In this document: positions 1 through 8,478 of the stretch, in pieces
How the letters are laid out: each line of letters starts with the position of its first letter
How positions within the stretch are numbered: the first letter of the stretch is position 1
IMG/VR virus record: IMGVR_UViG_3300028559_000005
DNA from: a virus
Lineage: Duplodnaviria > Heunggongvirae > Uroviricota > Caudoviricetes
Reading direction: 5' to 3' (one strand)
DNA: 64,000 nt
Position numbers and translations under genes: made by a program
Notes under the pieces: generated by a model
Seen by the model: the letters and a program-made list of their open reading frames with translations, nothing else
Told to the model about the DNA's origin: nothing
Database searches by the model: none

Positions 1-1
1 T

Positions 2-487
2 CCAGTATGCACCTAACTGATCTTTTAACTGTGTGTCGCCCTGAAGGTATGCGTCGAATCCTGGTTTTAGTCCTTTTAAGAAACTATCACGGACTTGTTC
101 GAAATGTACTATGTCTGCCGCAGCAACTTCCTGTGTACCGGCTTGTGCTAAGTCTTTTTTGGTCCACCCAGCATCTATTAGATCCTGTATTTCTTCTTGT
201 TTTTGCTGAGCGAACTCATTAACAAAGTTTTCGGTAACAGCGTAATAGCTTGAAGCAGAATTGCCACCAGGGGCAAATTCATTTAATCGACTTCCTGCTA
301 CGCCTTGATCAACTTTTTTCTCTCGTGCCCTACGTTTGGAATAGTCAGTGTCGGCTGGGTTGTTTTTGTTCTTGGCAGGTGGTCGAGTACCTGCAATTCG
401 TTCTTCTTCACTCTTGCGACGAGTAAAATAATCATTGGCAGCAGAGCCTTCAACGACTGTGGGCTTGAAAAGATTCTCAATAATCAT
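2..487 (-). CDS. Partial CDS running off the window edge; modular putative head-cargo protein (not in the ORF track)
   Basis: My translation from ATG at 487 is open to the edge: MIIENLFKPTVVEGSAANDYF...QGVAGSRLNEFAPGG... It starts 1 nt after the stop of 489..1151 and has VVE/G and LNE/F linkers like neighbouring genes. Confidence 0.7.
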   Translation of the reverse strand, partial: MIIENLFKPTVVEGSAANDYFTRRKSEEERIAGTRPPAKNKNNPADTDYSKRRAREKKVDQGVAGSRLNEFAPGGNSASSYYAVTENFVNEFAQQKQEEIQDLIDAGWTKKDLAQAGTQEVAAADIVHFEQVRDSFLKGLKPGFDAYLQGDTQLKDQLGAYW

Positions 488-488
488 A

Positions 489-1151
489 TTATGCTTCTTC
501 TAAGTAATCTTGGCTGGGATCTTGCAACTGTGAACGACGATGTGCTCGAAACATCTCTACTGCCATTTCAGCTTCATCTAAGTCTCTAAACTTGCTGGGC
601 AATATACGGCCTTGATGGCGAATTTCAAATCCGCGACGTTGATCTCCCCAACACTCTAGACATGTGCCATCTTCTAATGTGATTGTTTTTACAGGACCAG
701 ATTCGCCTACACTAACTGGACTCATCATGGCAGTACCTGACATCATTGGCTCTTGGGATTCTTCCTGTGACTGTTCGTCGTATTCGTCTTGATCGTCGGC
801 CTTGGCAGGATTCTTATCTTGAATTTCTTGTTTGGCTTTTTGTTCCAGCTGGTCAAGATATTGTGTGAGATCCTTCTTGACTCGGCTTAACATGTCTTCG
901 TCGATCTCAGACATGCGTTCAGCCAATGCACTCCGAACAGGCTGAACACTATCGCCAACCATGTTTTTGCCTAATGGTTTCTTTTGATTATCACTGCCCA
1001 ATACTGGTGATACGTTTTCTGGCTTGAACAATGCAGGCAGTTGCGGCACTGACTTTTGTTGCTTGTTCAGCCCTTTTTTTACCGAGACGGGAGTAATGTC
1101 TGATTCAATTACGGCCAGACGTTTTAGTATGTTTGCAATATCATAGCTCAT
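489..1151 (-). CDS. Hypothetical protein (late cluster)
   Basis: 220-aa ORF with an ATGA overlap to the upstream gene; acidic linker; no recognised motif. Confidence 0.6.
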   Translation of the reverse strand: MSYDIANILKRLAVIESDITPVSVKKGLNKQQKSVPQLPALFKPENVSPVLGSDNQKKPLGKNMVGDSVQPVRSALAERMSEIDEDMLSRVKKDLTQYLDQLEQKAKQEIQDKNPAKADDQDEYDEQSQEESQEPMMSGTAMMSPVSVGESGPVKTITLEDGTCLECWGDQRRGFEIRHQGRILPSKFRDLDEAEMAVEMFRAHRRSQLQDPSQDYLEEA

Positions 1152-1588
1152 GCTCGTTCAACCTTCAAATAACTGTTCAGTTGCCAACGATACTTGCCAT
1201 GAGCACTAAGTCGTTCTGCAATAAAATTAGCAATACCTTGTTGATTTTCTTCGTTGGCTACCGCAAAGCAAGCGTTCAGTACATCTAGCATTTGATTGTT
1301 GTTGGCGTACAATTCTTCCAACATTAATCGAGCACGTGGAATTTTGGTCTGTCCAGAAATCTCTGTGAGTTCACTATAACGTTCTAAACTTCCCGGAGCA
1401 TACTCACCTAGATAGCGAATGTATTCTGCTGTGGGATCTAGTGCTGAGTAAGCATCTTCGTAAATGTTTTGAAAGAAATCATGCAATTCTCCAAAGTCGG
1501 GACCTTCTACATTCCAGTGAAATTGATGTGCTTTTAAGTAGTAGGCAAAATTAGTTGCCAGGAGTGTTTTTAAATTGTCCGCGAGCAT
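1148..1588 (-). CDS. dps: Dps/ferritin-like DNA-protecting protein
   Basis: Dps signature in LATNFAYYLKAHQFHWNVEGPDFGELHDFFQNIYE...AEYIRYLG. Start moved to MLADN at 1588. Confidence 0.9.
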   Translation of the reverse strand: MLADNLKTLLATNFAYYLKAHQFHWNVEGPDFGELHDFFQNIYEDAYSALDPTAEYIRYLGEYAPGSLERYSELTEISGQTKIPRARLMLEELYANNNQMLDVLNACFAVANEENQQGIANFIAERLSAHGKYRWQLNSYLKVERA

Positions 1589-1763
1589 GCTTGTTCCTTT
1601 TGTATTCCTTGGGCGTGTTAGGCGTCGGGTCCGTTGTGTATTTACCACTCAGCATAGAACCGCCTTGTCTTGTTTGTATACCCATTGGTTGAACTAACAC
1701 TGCCATAGAGCCAGTGCTGGAGCTGCCTGCGCTTGCGTCTTCCATTATTTCATGTGCTCTCAT
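1551..1763 (-). CDS. Small hypothetical protein with CTS-like N-terminus
   Basis: Starts MRAHEIME/DASAGSSS. Confidence 0.6.
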   Translation of the reverse strand: MRAHEIMEDASAGSSSTGSMAVLVQPMGIQTRQGGSMLSGKYTTDPTPNTPKEYKRNKHARGQFKNTPGN

Positions 1764-2052
1764 GTTCAATCCTTAACAATGTGTGGTTCACCATGTGTGC
1801 GCCCGGCGGTCCATCTTTGATGCATGTATTGCTCACTTGAATGCGCCCTTGTGCCGGCGGAACCAATTCTCGGCGTAATTCATATTCGCCCGGCGGTGCA
1901 TAAATCTGTATTAGTTCTTCTAGATACTCTTCTCGCCAGACCCATGTACGTTCTGAAAACAATTCTCCGCCTACATATAGTCTATAATTAGGTGACGGTC
2001 CGTCCCAGTCGACTGAAACATCAGCATTGATCAACACAAACTGTGCAGTCAT
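1750..2052 (-). CDS. Hypothetical protein
   Basis: 100-aa ORF in a tightly packed operon. Confidence 0.55.
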   Translation of the reverse strand: MTAQFVLINADVSVDWDGPSPNYRLYVGGELFSERTWVWREEYLEELIQIYAPPGEYELRRELVPPAQGRIQVSNTCIKDGPPGAHMVNHTLLRIEHEST

Positions 2053-2342
2053 GTGTCGGATATGTCAGGAGTAACTGCTCGGTGCAGACGATGTCTTGAT
2101 GCAGAACTTAAAAGATGATCATCGTCAGAGTCTGGTTCATATCCACCATAACGACTCGGGTCGGCACGATGTTTAATTCCAGTTTTGAGTTTTTCTATTT
2201 TGCCCATTTTAACTGGGGTTTTGTCTGGTGGAGAATTTGGACCACGGCGACCACTGTTAGAATTACCAGCTTCCTCAACATTCTTTTCGCCTAGGAATCC
2301 CATACCTTCACGTGGGTGATTAAATAGTTCGTATATCAACAT
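2049..2342 (-). CDS. Hypothetical protein with weak CTS-like start
   Basis: Starts MLIYELF and contains NVEE/A; overlaps neighbours. Confidence 0.55.
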   Translation of the reverse strand: MLIYELFNHPREGMGFLGEKNVEEAGNSNSGRRGPNSPPDKTPVKMGKIEKLKTGIKHRADPSRYGGYEPDSDDDHLLSSASRHRLHRAVTPDISDT

Positions 2343-2344
2343 GA

Positions 2345-2671
2345 TTATTCAGTCCAGGGCAGTGGAAGTATTACCACTGGAGGGATAATCTGCAAGTCAA
2401 TTTGATCTTGTACTTGTAACTCTACAGCGTTTTTATCGACACCATTGGTCCAGATCCAGTCAAGCACTTGTTGTTGTGTTAGATCAACGTAAGGTGTAAA
2501 AGATGCAGAAGCCAACGGAATCTCGCAGGCGGCGAGTGCTGATACCCGGGCGCTGTAGCCGTCTTGTACACCACTGCATGCCCAATAAACTCCAAATACC
2601 ACATCCGGATAACCGTCTGCTTCGGGATAGCATGTCATCTCAGTCACGGTCCAATTGATTGTTGCGGCCAT
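2345..2671 (-). CDS. Small phage protein, possibly virion/tail-associated
   Basis: INWTV...VV..VYW.C...YVDLTQQQVLDWI pattern, which I recall from aquatic phage proteins near tail genes. Confidence 0.45.
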   Translation of the reverse strand: MAATINWTVTEMTCYPEADGYPDVVFGVYWACSGVQDGYSARVSALAACEIPLASASFTPYVDLTQQQVLDWIWTNGVDKNAVELQVQDQIDLQIIPPVVILPLPWTE

Positions 2672-2694
2672 TGTAATTTACTTTCTAAAATCTG

Positions 2695-3339
2695 TTATGC
2701 CATCTGCGTGGAAGGAGACAATGCTGCGGCCAGGGCCATACGTTTTTGTCTATGTGCGCCCGAACTTCGTTCATAGTATTGATCTACAATAGCAGCAGCA
2801 TCTTCTGCTGTTTTTGCACTCTTCAATCTTTGCCCTGCGTTTGCTTCCTTGTTGTTCAATTCGTACTGTACAAACTCTAATTGGTCTTGTAAGCTAGAAT
2901 CTTGTAATGGTTTACGCATTGCATTAGCAAAATCTTGTTGTCGTGATCCGCGCCATTGTGCAATACCATATGCTTTCTCGCCGGGATTCCATGCAGCAGG
3001 ATTGAGATTTTGACCTGATTCTGCTTGTAGGTTGGCCACTAGTCCAGCAGCTTGTTCAGGTGACCATCCTTGTTGCATAAAGTAGTCTAGAGCAATTTTT
3101 GCATTGCCTGCTGTGCCACCACCTGCTCTATTAGATGGTCCAGACATACCAGATCCAGGCAAACGTATTCGAGATCCAGGCTGAATATCATTAGCACTAG
3201 CAAACTGTGGATTTTGCCACATGATGCCATCTACTGTGGTATCGTAGGACTTTGCTATGTTCGGCAAGGAATCTCCAGATCTCACAGTATAGATATTGTT
3301 AGAGCTAGTGGCTTCAGACAAGAAATCAAATAACTTCAT
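2695..3339 (-). CDS. LysM plus phage-tail-lysozyme-type muralytic protein with CTS-like N-terminus
   Basis: LysM (YTVRSGDSLPNIAKSYDTTVDGIMWQNP...IQPGSRIRLP); lysozyme-like AAGLVANLQAES...AYGIAQW...R; starts MKLFDFLSE. Confidence 0.8.
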   Translation of the reverse strand: MKLFDFLSEATSSNNIYTVRSGDSLPNIAKSYDTTVDGIMWQNPQFASANDIQPGSRIRLPGSGMSGPSNRAGGGTAGNAKIALDYFMQQGWSPEQAAGLVANLQAESGQNLNPAAWNPGEKAYGIAQWRGSRQQDFANAMRKPLQDSSLQDQLEFVQYELNNKEANAGQRLKSAKTAEDAAAIVDQYYERSSGAHRQKRMALAAALSPSTQMA

Positions 3340-3340
3340 A

Positions 3341-4303
3341 TTACCCTTTTAACATGGTAGACATGCGACGCATTTGATCCACGCTGTATTCAAAATTTGA
3401 TTGTTTACTAGTGCTTTCTTGAAGTTTTGCCGGTGCTGTGCCGCCTGCTGGTATACCTAATTTTGCTCTACCTTGATCAATTACAGAAGGCTGTGTTGCT
3501 ATTCTTTGACTAACTGACTGATTAGTTGGATTTGCTGGTGCCGCTGGTTTTGTTGGAGTAGCAGCCTGACCCGTCATATTAGCGGGCGGCGCCTTGGCGT
3601 AGCTGCTACGCTCTTGAGCCGAGGCTGGTCCTCTGAGGTTAGCTGCAGGGCCGCCAGGTTTTTGTGCAGACAAAATAGCGCCTGCTGTGGTAGGCCCAAT
3701 AATACCGTCAGCCGTTAAACCGTTAGCTGTTTGAAATTTCTTAATAGCATCAACATTTGGTTTATTATTCGTTAATAGTCCCATTCTAGATGCATACGCA
3801 GCGATTGCAGGGGACATTGATTTATTAGCAGCTGGCTTAGCTGGACTTGCTGCTTGTGTAGGTGCTGCTGGTGTAGATGCGGCAGCATTGACTGCCGCTG
3901 CTTGTCCCATACTCATATCTGTAGCACTTGCAGCAGTATCGGCAGCATTGACTGCCGCTGCTTGTCCCATACTCATATCTGTAGCACTTGCAGCAGTATC
4001 GGCAGCATTGACTGCACCTGCTTGTCCCATACTCATATCTGTAGCACCTGCAACAGCGTCAGCCTTGTCAGCGGCAGCCTGTGCTGCTGCCTCTTCACCG
4101 GGATTACCTACTCCAGTTGCAGAACTTGTTGCTGCTGGTTTACCTTTATTTGGTGCTCGCATGGCAATGTAAGGGTCATTGATGTCGGGTTTGCCGCCAC
4201 CGCGGGTGTACCATGCTTGATCTTCTGGACTCATGGCTGCAAATTTGGCAGCATCGGCACCTTGGTACGGATTTGCTTCTCTTAAAAATTCTATTGATCT
4301 CAT
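3341..4303 (-). CDS. Ala/Pro-rich protein with peptidoglycan-binding domain and CTS-like N-terminus
   Basis: PG_binding_1-like AIKKFQTANGLTADGIIGPTT; starts MRSIEFLRE. Confidence 0.75.
   Translation of the reverse strand: MRSIEFLREANPYQGADAAKFAAMSPEDQAWYTRGGGKPDINDPYIAMRAPNKGKPAATSSATGVGNPGEEAAAQAAADKADAVAGATDMSMGQAGAVNAADTAASATDMSMGQAAAVNAADTAASATDMSMGQAAAVNAAASTPAAPTQAASPAKPAANKSMSPAIAAYASRMGLLTNNKPNVDAIKKFQTANGLTADGIIGPTTAGAILSAQKPGGPAANLRGPASAQERSSYAKAPPANMTGQAATPTKPAAPANPTNQSVSQRIATQPSVIDQGRAKLGIPAGGTAPAKLQESTSKQSNFEYSVDQMRRMSTMLKG
3880..4047. repeat. 60-bp tandem repeat, about 2.8 copies, in frame
   Basis: The unit ggcagcattgactgccgctgcttgtcccatactcatatctgtagcacttgcagcagtatc recurs at 3881, 3941 and 4001. 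It encodes ATDMSMGQAAAVNAADTAAS. Confidence 0.95.
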
Positions 4304-4341
4304 GTGATATTCCTTTATGAATGACCTATGCTTTATTTATT

Positions 4342-4983
4342 CTATTTGCCCTGTGCTGCCAATCTTGCACCATTGTTAAAACTGTTGCTGTGACTGGCAG
4401 CATTTCTGTTGCCACGTGCTTTTGACCATGCATAACCAGCTCTGTGCCCAGAACAATCTTTGGTGCAAGGCGACCCCAAAAATGATAATTCATCCAACTC
4501 TTGTTTTCCAGTGTATCGTTTAATTATGGACATTGATTCCTGATCATTCAACAGAGATGCTAATCCAGGATGTAGTGGGCGTGGCCAGTCGCCAAACTCT
4601 ACCCATTCAGATCCTTGAGTTTCCCAATTTAACATTGGTTTAAATTCGTGAGCTACTATGGCTAAAAAATTGTAGTATCTAAATCCCGACGGATGCCTGA
4701 ACACATACAACGGGATCAGTTTAAGTGGGCCGTTATACCCTGCTTCTTCTTTGACTTCTCGTTTGACAGCATGTGCTGGATTTTCACCAGCGTCGATTGC
4801 ACCGCCCCATGTTCCCCAGGTGTTAGGTTGCTCCACTTGTGATGATCTATGAGCTATACAAATCCGATTGGTATCGGCTGCCAGGAACAAACAACCAGCA
4901 GCTTGCTTGCCCCAGAATCCTGTTTTCTCCAAAGCATCACGATGTTCTTTATCTGACTCAGTCACAAATTCGGTTGCTCTCAT
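4342..4983 (-). CDS. NUDIX hydrolase with CTS-like N-terminus and a C-terminal Cys-containing module
   Basis: Nudix box GGAIDAGENPAHAVKREVKEEAG; starts MRATEFVTE; module after ELDE/L reads GSPCTKDCSGHRAGY. Confidence 0.85.
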   Translation of the reverse strand: MRATEFVTESDKEHRDALEKTGFWGKQAAGCLFLAADTNRICIAHRSSQVEQPNTWGTWGGAIDAGENPAHAVKREVKEEAGYNGPLKLIPLYVFRHPSGFRYYNFLAIVAHEFKPMLNWETQGSEWVEFGDWPRPLHPGLASLLNDQESMSIIKRYTGKQELDELSFLGSPCTKDCSGHRAGYAWSKARGNRNAASHSNSFNNGARLAAQGK

Positions 4984-5459
4984 TTGGCATCTCCAAAGAT
5001 TGGTCCACCGACATACTGACCATTCTGACTTAACACACCATTGCGTAGATTGTTGATAATGTTATCAGTGATGTTTCTGCGACGGAAATGCGGCAAAAAA
5101 ATATGTGTTTCTACAGGACGATCGCCCTGCTCTGCTTGGATAGCATACATCCTGTGACGCCCGTCATGATCACGCACCTTGGCTTCTAAATTGAAATCAT
5201 CGTTCTCCCAAGCTTCAGGAACTGCTATGGTTAAAAACGGTGCTCCAAACCCTTTATCATTGATCTGTCGGCGTAGATATTGTATAGTTTCTTTTTCGTC
5301 AGGAGAGTTAACATCCAAGGGCAAGCTGAGTTTGAGGAATGTGCTGGGTCGCATGACTGTGCGTAGACCAAAGTAATCTACATCAGCATTGTGCGGAACA
5401 GCACCGAGACCTTGCCGATTGTCTATCTTTAGTTCCGTTATGAATTCCTTTGATCTCAT
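4980..5459 (-). CDS. ParB/Srx-like domain protein with CTS-like N-terminus
   Basis: DHDGRHR resembles the ParB/Srx DGxHR motif; starts MRSKEFITE. Confidence 0.5.
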   Translation of the reverse strand: MRSKEFITELKIDNRQGLGAVPHNADVDYFGLRTVMRPSTFLKLSLPLDVNSPDEKETIQYLRRQINDKGFGAPFLTIAVPEAWENDDFNLEAKVRDHDGRHRMYAIQAEQGDRPVETHIFLPHFRRRNITDNIINNLRNGVLSQNGQYVGGPIFGDAK

Positions 5460-5659
5460 GTGTCTATCCTGTGTACATTGGTCACTATGCTGTCTTTGCC
5501 GTATTGAGCTTGCAGTAATAATCGAGCCATGGCAGGTGACTTGGCAAATATAGCCACATCTATACTGGTAGTATACGAAGGATTTTTGACCCGCACAGAC
5601 GCACTATACACATGAAATCCCGGAAGCAAGTCTTCACAGAGAAATTCTGTTGCTCTCAT
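5456..5659 (-). CDS. Small hypothetical protein with CTS-like N-terminus
   Basis: Start moved to MRATEFLCE at 5659 (TGATG overlap with the upstream stop). Confidence 0.65.
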   Translation of the reverse strand: MRATEFLCEDLLPGFHVYSASVRVKNPSYTTSIDVAIFAKSPAMARLLLQAQYGKDSIVTNVHRIDT

Positions 5660-7368
5660 CAGCAGTTCCACTTTCTCAACGCTAATGCTTTGCGTGTGGG
5701 TTTGCCATTGGGTTTTTTCATTGGCCCTTTGACTCCGCCCATCCTGGCACAGAATGATTTACGACGCTTGGCTGCTTTTGATCCTGGCTTGAGTTTGCTG
5801 GGCTTGGTAGTAACTGCCATTTGTAATTTTGAGCCTGGATTCTCTCTACGATAGCTAGCAACACCTTTGGCATTGAGACCGCCCTTTTTGCTCTTACCTG
5901 CGCTTCTACGCCAAGCTGCTGTTTCAAGAATGATTTCTTCATCGGTGAAGAAGTTGAATATGTCTTCAGTAAGACCACGATCAGCCATGGCCTGTTCAAA
6001 GTCATCAAATATTGCATGGGCTTGTTCTAGGCTGTATACGCTTTCTGTTACACCTTCCTCTACACCCGACTGCATCTGTTGTTTGACTGCACGAGCAACA
6101 TCTCCCGCCAATGCGCCAGGGTCATTATCGCCACCGTAGTTGAGCACACTCATGATTGCATTGTGAATCACACGGTCATCTGCACGACGAGCCATATTGG
6201 GATACATGCGCTCAAACTCAGCATACACTTGATCAGCTAGGTCATCGTATTCACCGTTGAAGCCTTCATCCAGGCCATCTGCTTGTACAGCCCCTTCGCC
6301 GTCGGCATCAAAAGCTACCATTTCTACTTTGGGCCACATACGTGCAGGCACATACAGAATACCCGAAGTTTCGTCATGATCGATCTGGTCGCCAAAGCGA
6401 GCCATTACTGCATTATATGCCCGTTCACTGTTAACGCTAAAACCCACAGTGTCCGTATCGTCAATACCGCTGTATCCGCCTTCCGCCACACCTTGCTTCT
6501 TGAGAATATCCAGTGCGTGTTTTTCCATCTGTTTTTTGGTAATAGGTTTACCGGGTGCTTCCTTACCTTTGAAATAATCAGAACCTTTTTTATCTCTTGA
6601 ACCATAGGTGCTGTGACTTACTTTGCCATCACGACCGGGTTGTGGTGCTGATTTGTCCATTTCATTCAAGCCTTCCGCCACACCTTGCTCACTTGCTTTG
6701 GCTTTGGCTTCGGCCCTGGTACGACTGTATCCCCGTGCTGTTGCTTCTCGTTCTTGGTTAGGATATATAGATATTGCAAACATTTTTCCATCTTTAACAA
6801 AGTACCAATCTGTTGGATCTAGATCGTGTCTTTCGTCATCACCGCGATTGAACGCTCCCCTTACTCCGCGGAAAGGCCTGCCTCTGCCTTCCGCCACACT
6901 TTCTTTTTTGGCAGTCTTTGCAGCATCTTTCCAGGCCTGTGCTGTGGGGGCCTTGGGGCTGTCGGCATCTCTACTGGTACCGGCCTTCTTGCGCTTGTTT
7001 ACATTGTAGTATAACCCTTTGTTCTCCTCTGAGATACTTTCGTTAGGCACACAGTTTCTTACCTGCTTGCCAGTCACAGCTGACTTTTTTGTGCCTTCTG
7101 CATGTTTTCCTGGCCAGCACTTGGTGTAACCATTGCTATCTTTCTGACCCTTTTTGATCTCCATGATATTGCCGTGTGTTTTGCACATACCACAGTCTTC
7201 ACACACCATTTCCATCACAACACTTTCGTTGTGTTTCTTCTTGCCAGCACAATGAGCACGTTGCGAAAAGCCTTTTGGATGAGAGCAATTGATACTGCTT
7301 TTGTATTTTTGACTCCAGCCTTCATCTAATTTTTTGATTTTTCCAGTTATAAATTCATTTGATTTCAT
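5659..7368 (-). CDS. 569-aa modular protein of short basic and acidic domains separated by xxE linkers
   Basis: Starts MKSNEFIT. Modules include WSQKYKSSINCSHPKGFSQRAHCAG, KCWPG, GLYYNVNKRKKAG and AWRRSAGKSKKGGLNAKG...SFCARM...ALRKWNC. Repeated QGVAEG/VEEG linkers. Confidence 0.7.
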   Translation of the reverse strand: MKSNEFITGKIKKLDEGWSQKYKSSINCSHPKGFSQRAHCAGKKKHNESVVMEMVCEDCGMCKTHGNIMEIKKGQKDSNGYTKCWPGKHAEGTKKSAVTGKQVRNCVPNESISEENKGLYYNVNKRKKAGTSRDADSPKAPTAQAWKDAAKTAKKESVAEGRGRPFRGVRGAFNRGDDERHDLDPTDWYFVKDGKMFAISIYPNQEREATARGYSRTRAEAKAKASEQGVAEGLNEMDKSAPQPGRDGKVSHSTYGSRDKKGSDYFKGKEAPGKPITKKQMEKHALDILKKQGVAEGGYSGIDDTDTVGFSVNSERAYNAVMARFGDQIDHDETSGILYVPARMWPKVEMVAFDADGEGAVQADGLDEGFNGEYDDLADQVYAEFERMYPNMARRADDRVIHNAIMSVLNYGGDNDPGALAGDVARAVKQQMQSGVEEGVTESVYSLEQAHAIFDDFEQAMADRGLTEDIFNFFTDEEIILETAAWRRSAGKSKKGGLNAKGVASYRRENPGSKLQMAVTTKPSKLKPGSKAAKRRKSFCARMGGVKGPMKKPNGKPTRKALALRKWNC

Positions 7369-7392
7369 TTAGTTCACCTTTTTCTAACAGTT

Positions 7393-8478
7393 TCATTTGT
7401 TTTTTGCTCTTCCAGCTTTCATATTGGCCAACCAGTGTGCCATGCGTTGTTTTTCACCAGAACTGTTCTTGGCAGTTTTTCTCAAACTACTTACACTGGC
7501 TTTGGTATTTACTCCCACACGTTTGGCCAGACCCTTGCGTCCAGGATTACGGCCGTCAGCAAAGTTTTCGTCAACCGAAGACTCATTGGATGTTGCAACA
7601 GGTTGTTTGGCCTTGTAGATATCTTCCCATTTGTCTGAAATAGCATTCTTTAATTCCAGCGTGGATTTAAAATTATTGTCTTGCATATACTTAATTATCC
7701 ACACAGCACTAGCACGGTCTCCTGAATCAGGCTTGCGAGCATTGCTTAGATCCACGCTGAGATTTTGATCTTCTGATGGATTACCATAGTACCGCATGGT
7801 CTTTAACGCACGTTTTGCTCTATCACTTAGATGTGCTTCGTCGCTCTTGGTAATTAACTCAATCCAGGGCTTTACAAAGTCTGTGGGCTTGCGGGACGAT
7901 CCAGCTGGTGTTGGTCCACGTAATACATCACGGGATTGGCCTGGTATCTGTGCTCGACGTTTGTTCAGCAATCGCCATGCTGCTTCGTCTGTGTAGAAAA
8001 ACACAGGTAAGCCTTGTTGCTTGGCTGTGATCAGGATCTGTCGTGTTTCTGGACTGCGATATTCATCTTGTTCTTTGAGCAACACATGAACTTCAGTCAC
8101 AGGAGTGATTGGAATAGTGGGCTCTTTGCTAAACACACGGTCTTCTGCTTCTCTGGTTCTTGTACCATTGCTGTGTAACCATGCACGGTCCCAGTAGTCA
8201 ATGGGTTTCACAATGTATCGAGAGTTAAACCAGTCACCATTGAGTTTGAACATCACAGCGCCTGATCCCACCCAGCGATGATAATCGCCAGTTATTGTTC
8301 GTGTCAAACTAAGAAAGTATGGATATCCAGCAGGAGCATACTGTTCTTCGCTGCGATTGCCGGTCACGCTGGCCAATTCAAAGTTGCCGGATTGCAGTAT
8401 TCTTAACCCAGCTCTGATACTGGTGTAATGAAACAATACATCAGTTGCTCGTTCAATTAAAAATTCCGTTGCTCTCAT
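7393..8478 (-). CDS. Putative ADP-ribosyltransferase-fold protein with CTS-like N-terminus and a basic C-terminal module
   Basis: VLFHYTS...YFLSLTR...REAEDR gives an H / S-x-T / E-x-E arrangement like ART folds; starts MRATEFLIE. Confidence 0.5.
   Translation of the reverse strand: MRATEFLIERATDVLFHYTSIRAGLRILQSGNFELASVTGNRSEEQYAPAGYPYFLSLTRTITGDYHRWVGSGAVMFKLNGDWFNSRYIVKPIDYWDRAWLHSNGTRTREAEDRVFSKEPTIPITPVTEVHVLLKEQDEYRSPETRQILITAKQQGLPVFFYTDEAAWRLLNKRRAQIPGQSRDVLRGPTPAGSSRKPTDFVKPWIELITKSDEAHLSDRAKRALKTMRYYGNPSEDQNLSVDLSNARKPDSGDRASAVWIIKYMQDNNFKSTLELKNAISDKWEDIYKAKQPVATSNESSVDENFADGRNPGRKGLAKRVGVNTKASVSSLRKTAKNSSGEKQRMAHWLANMKAGRAKNK

Noticed and set aside
3854-4285. Plus-strand Cys-rich ORFs (143 aa, 94 aa) with repeats
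   Set aside because: They are antisense shadows of the 60-bp repeat in the minus-strand PG-binding gene.
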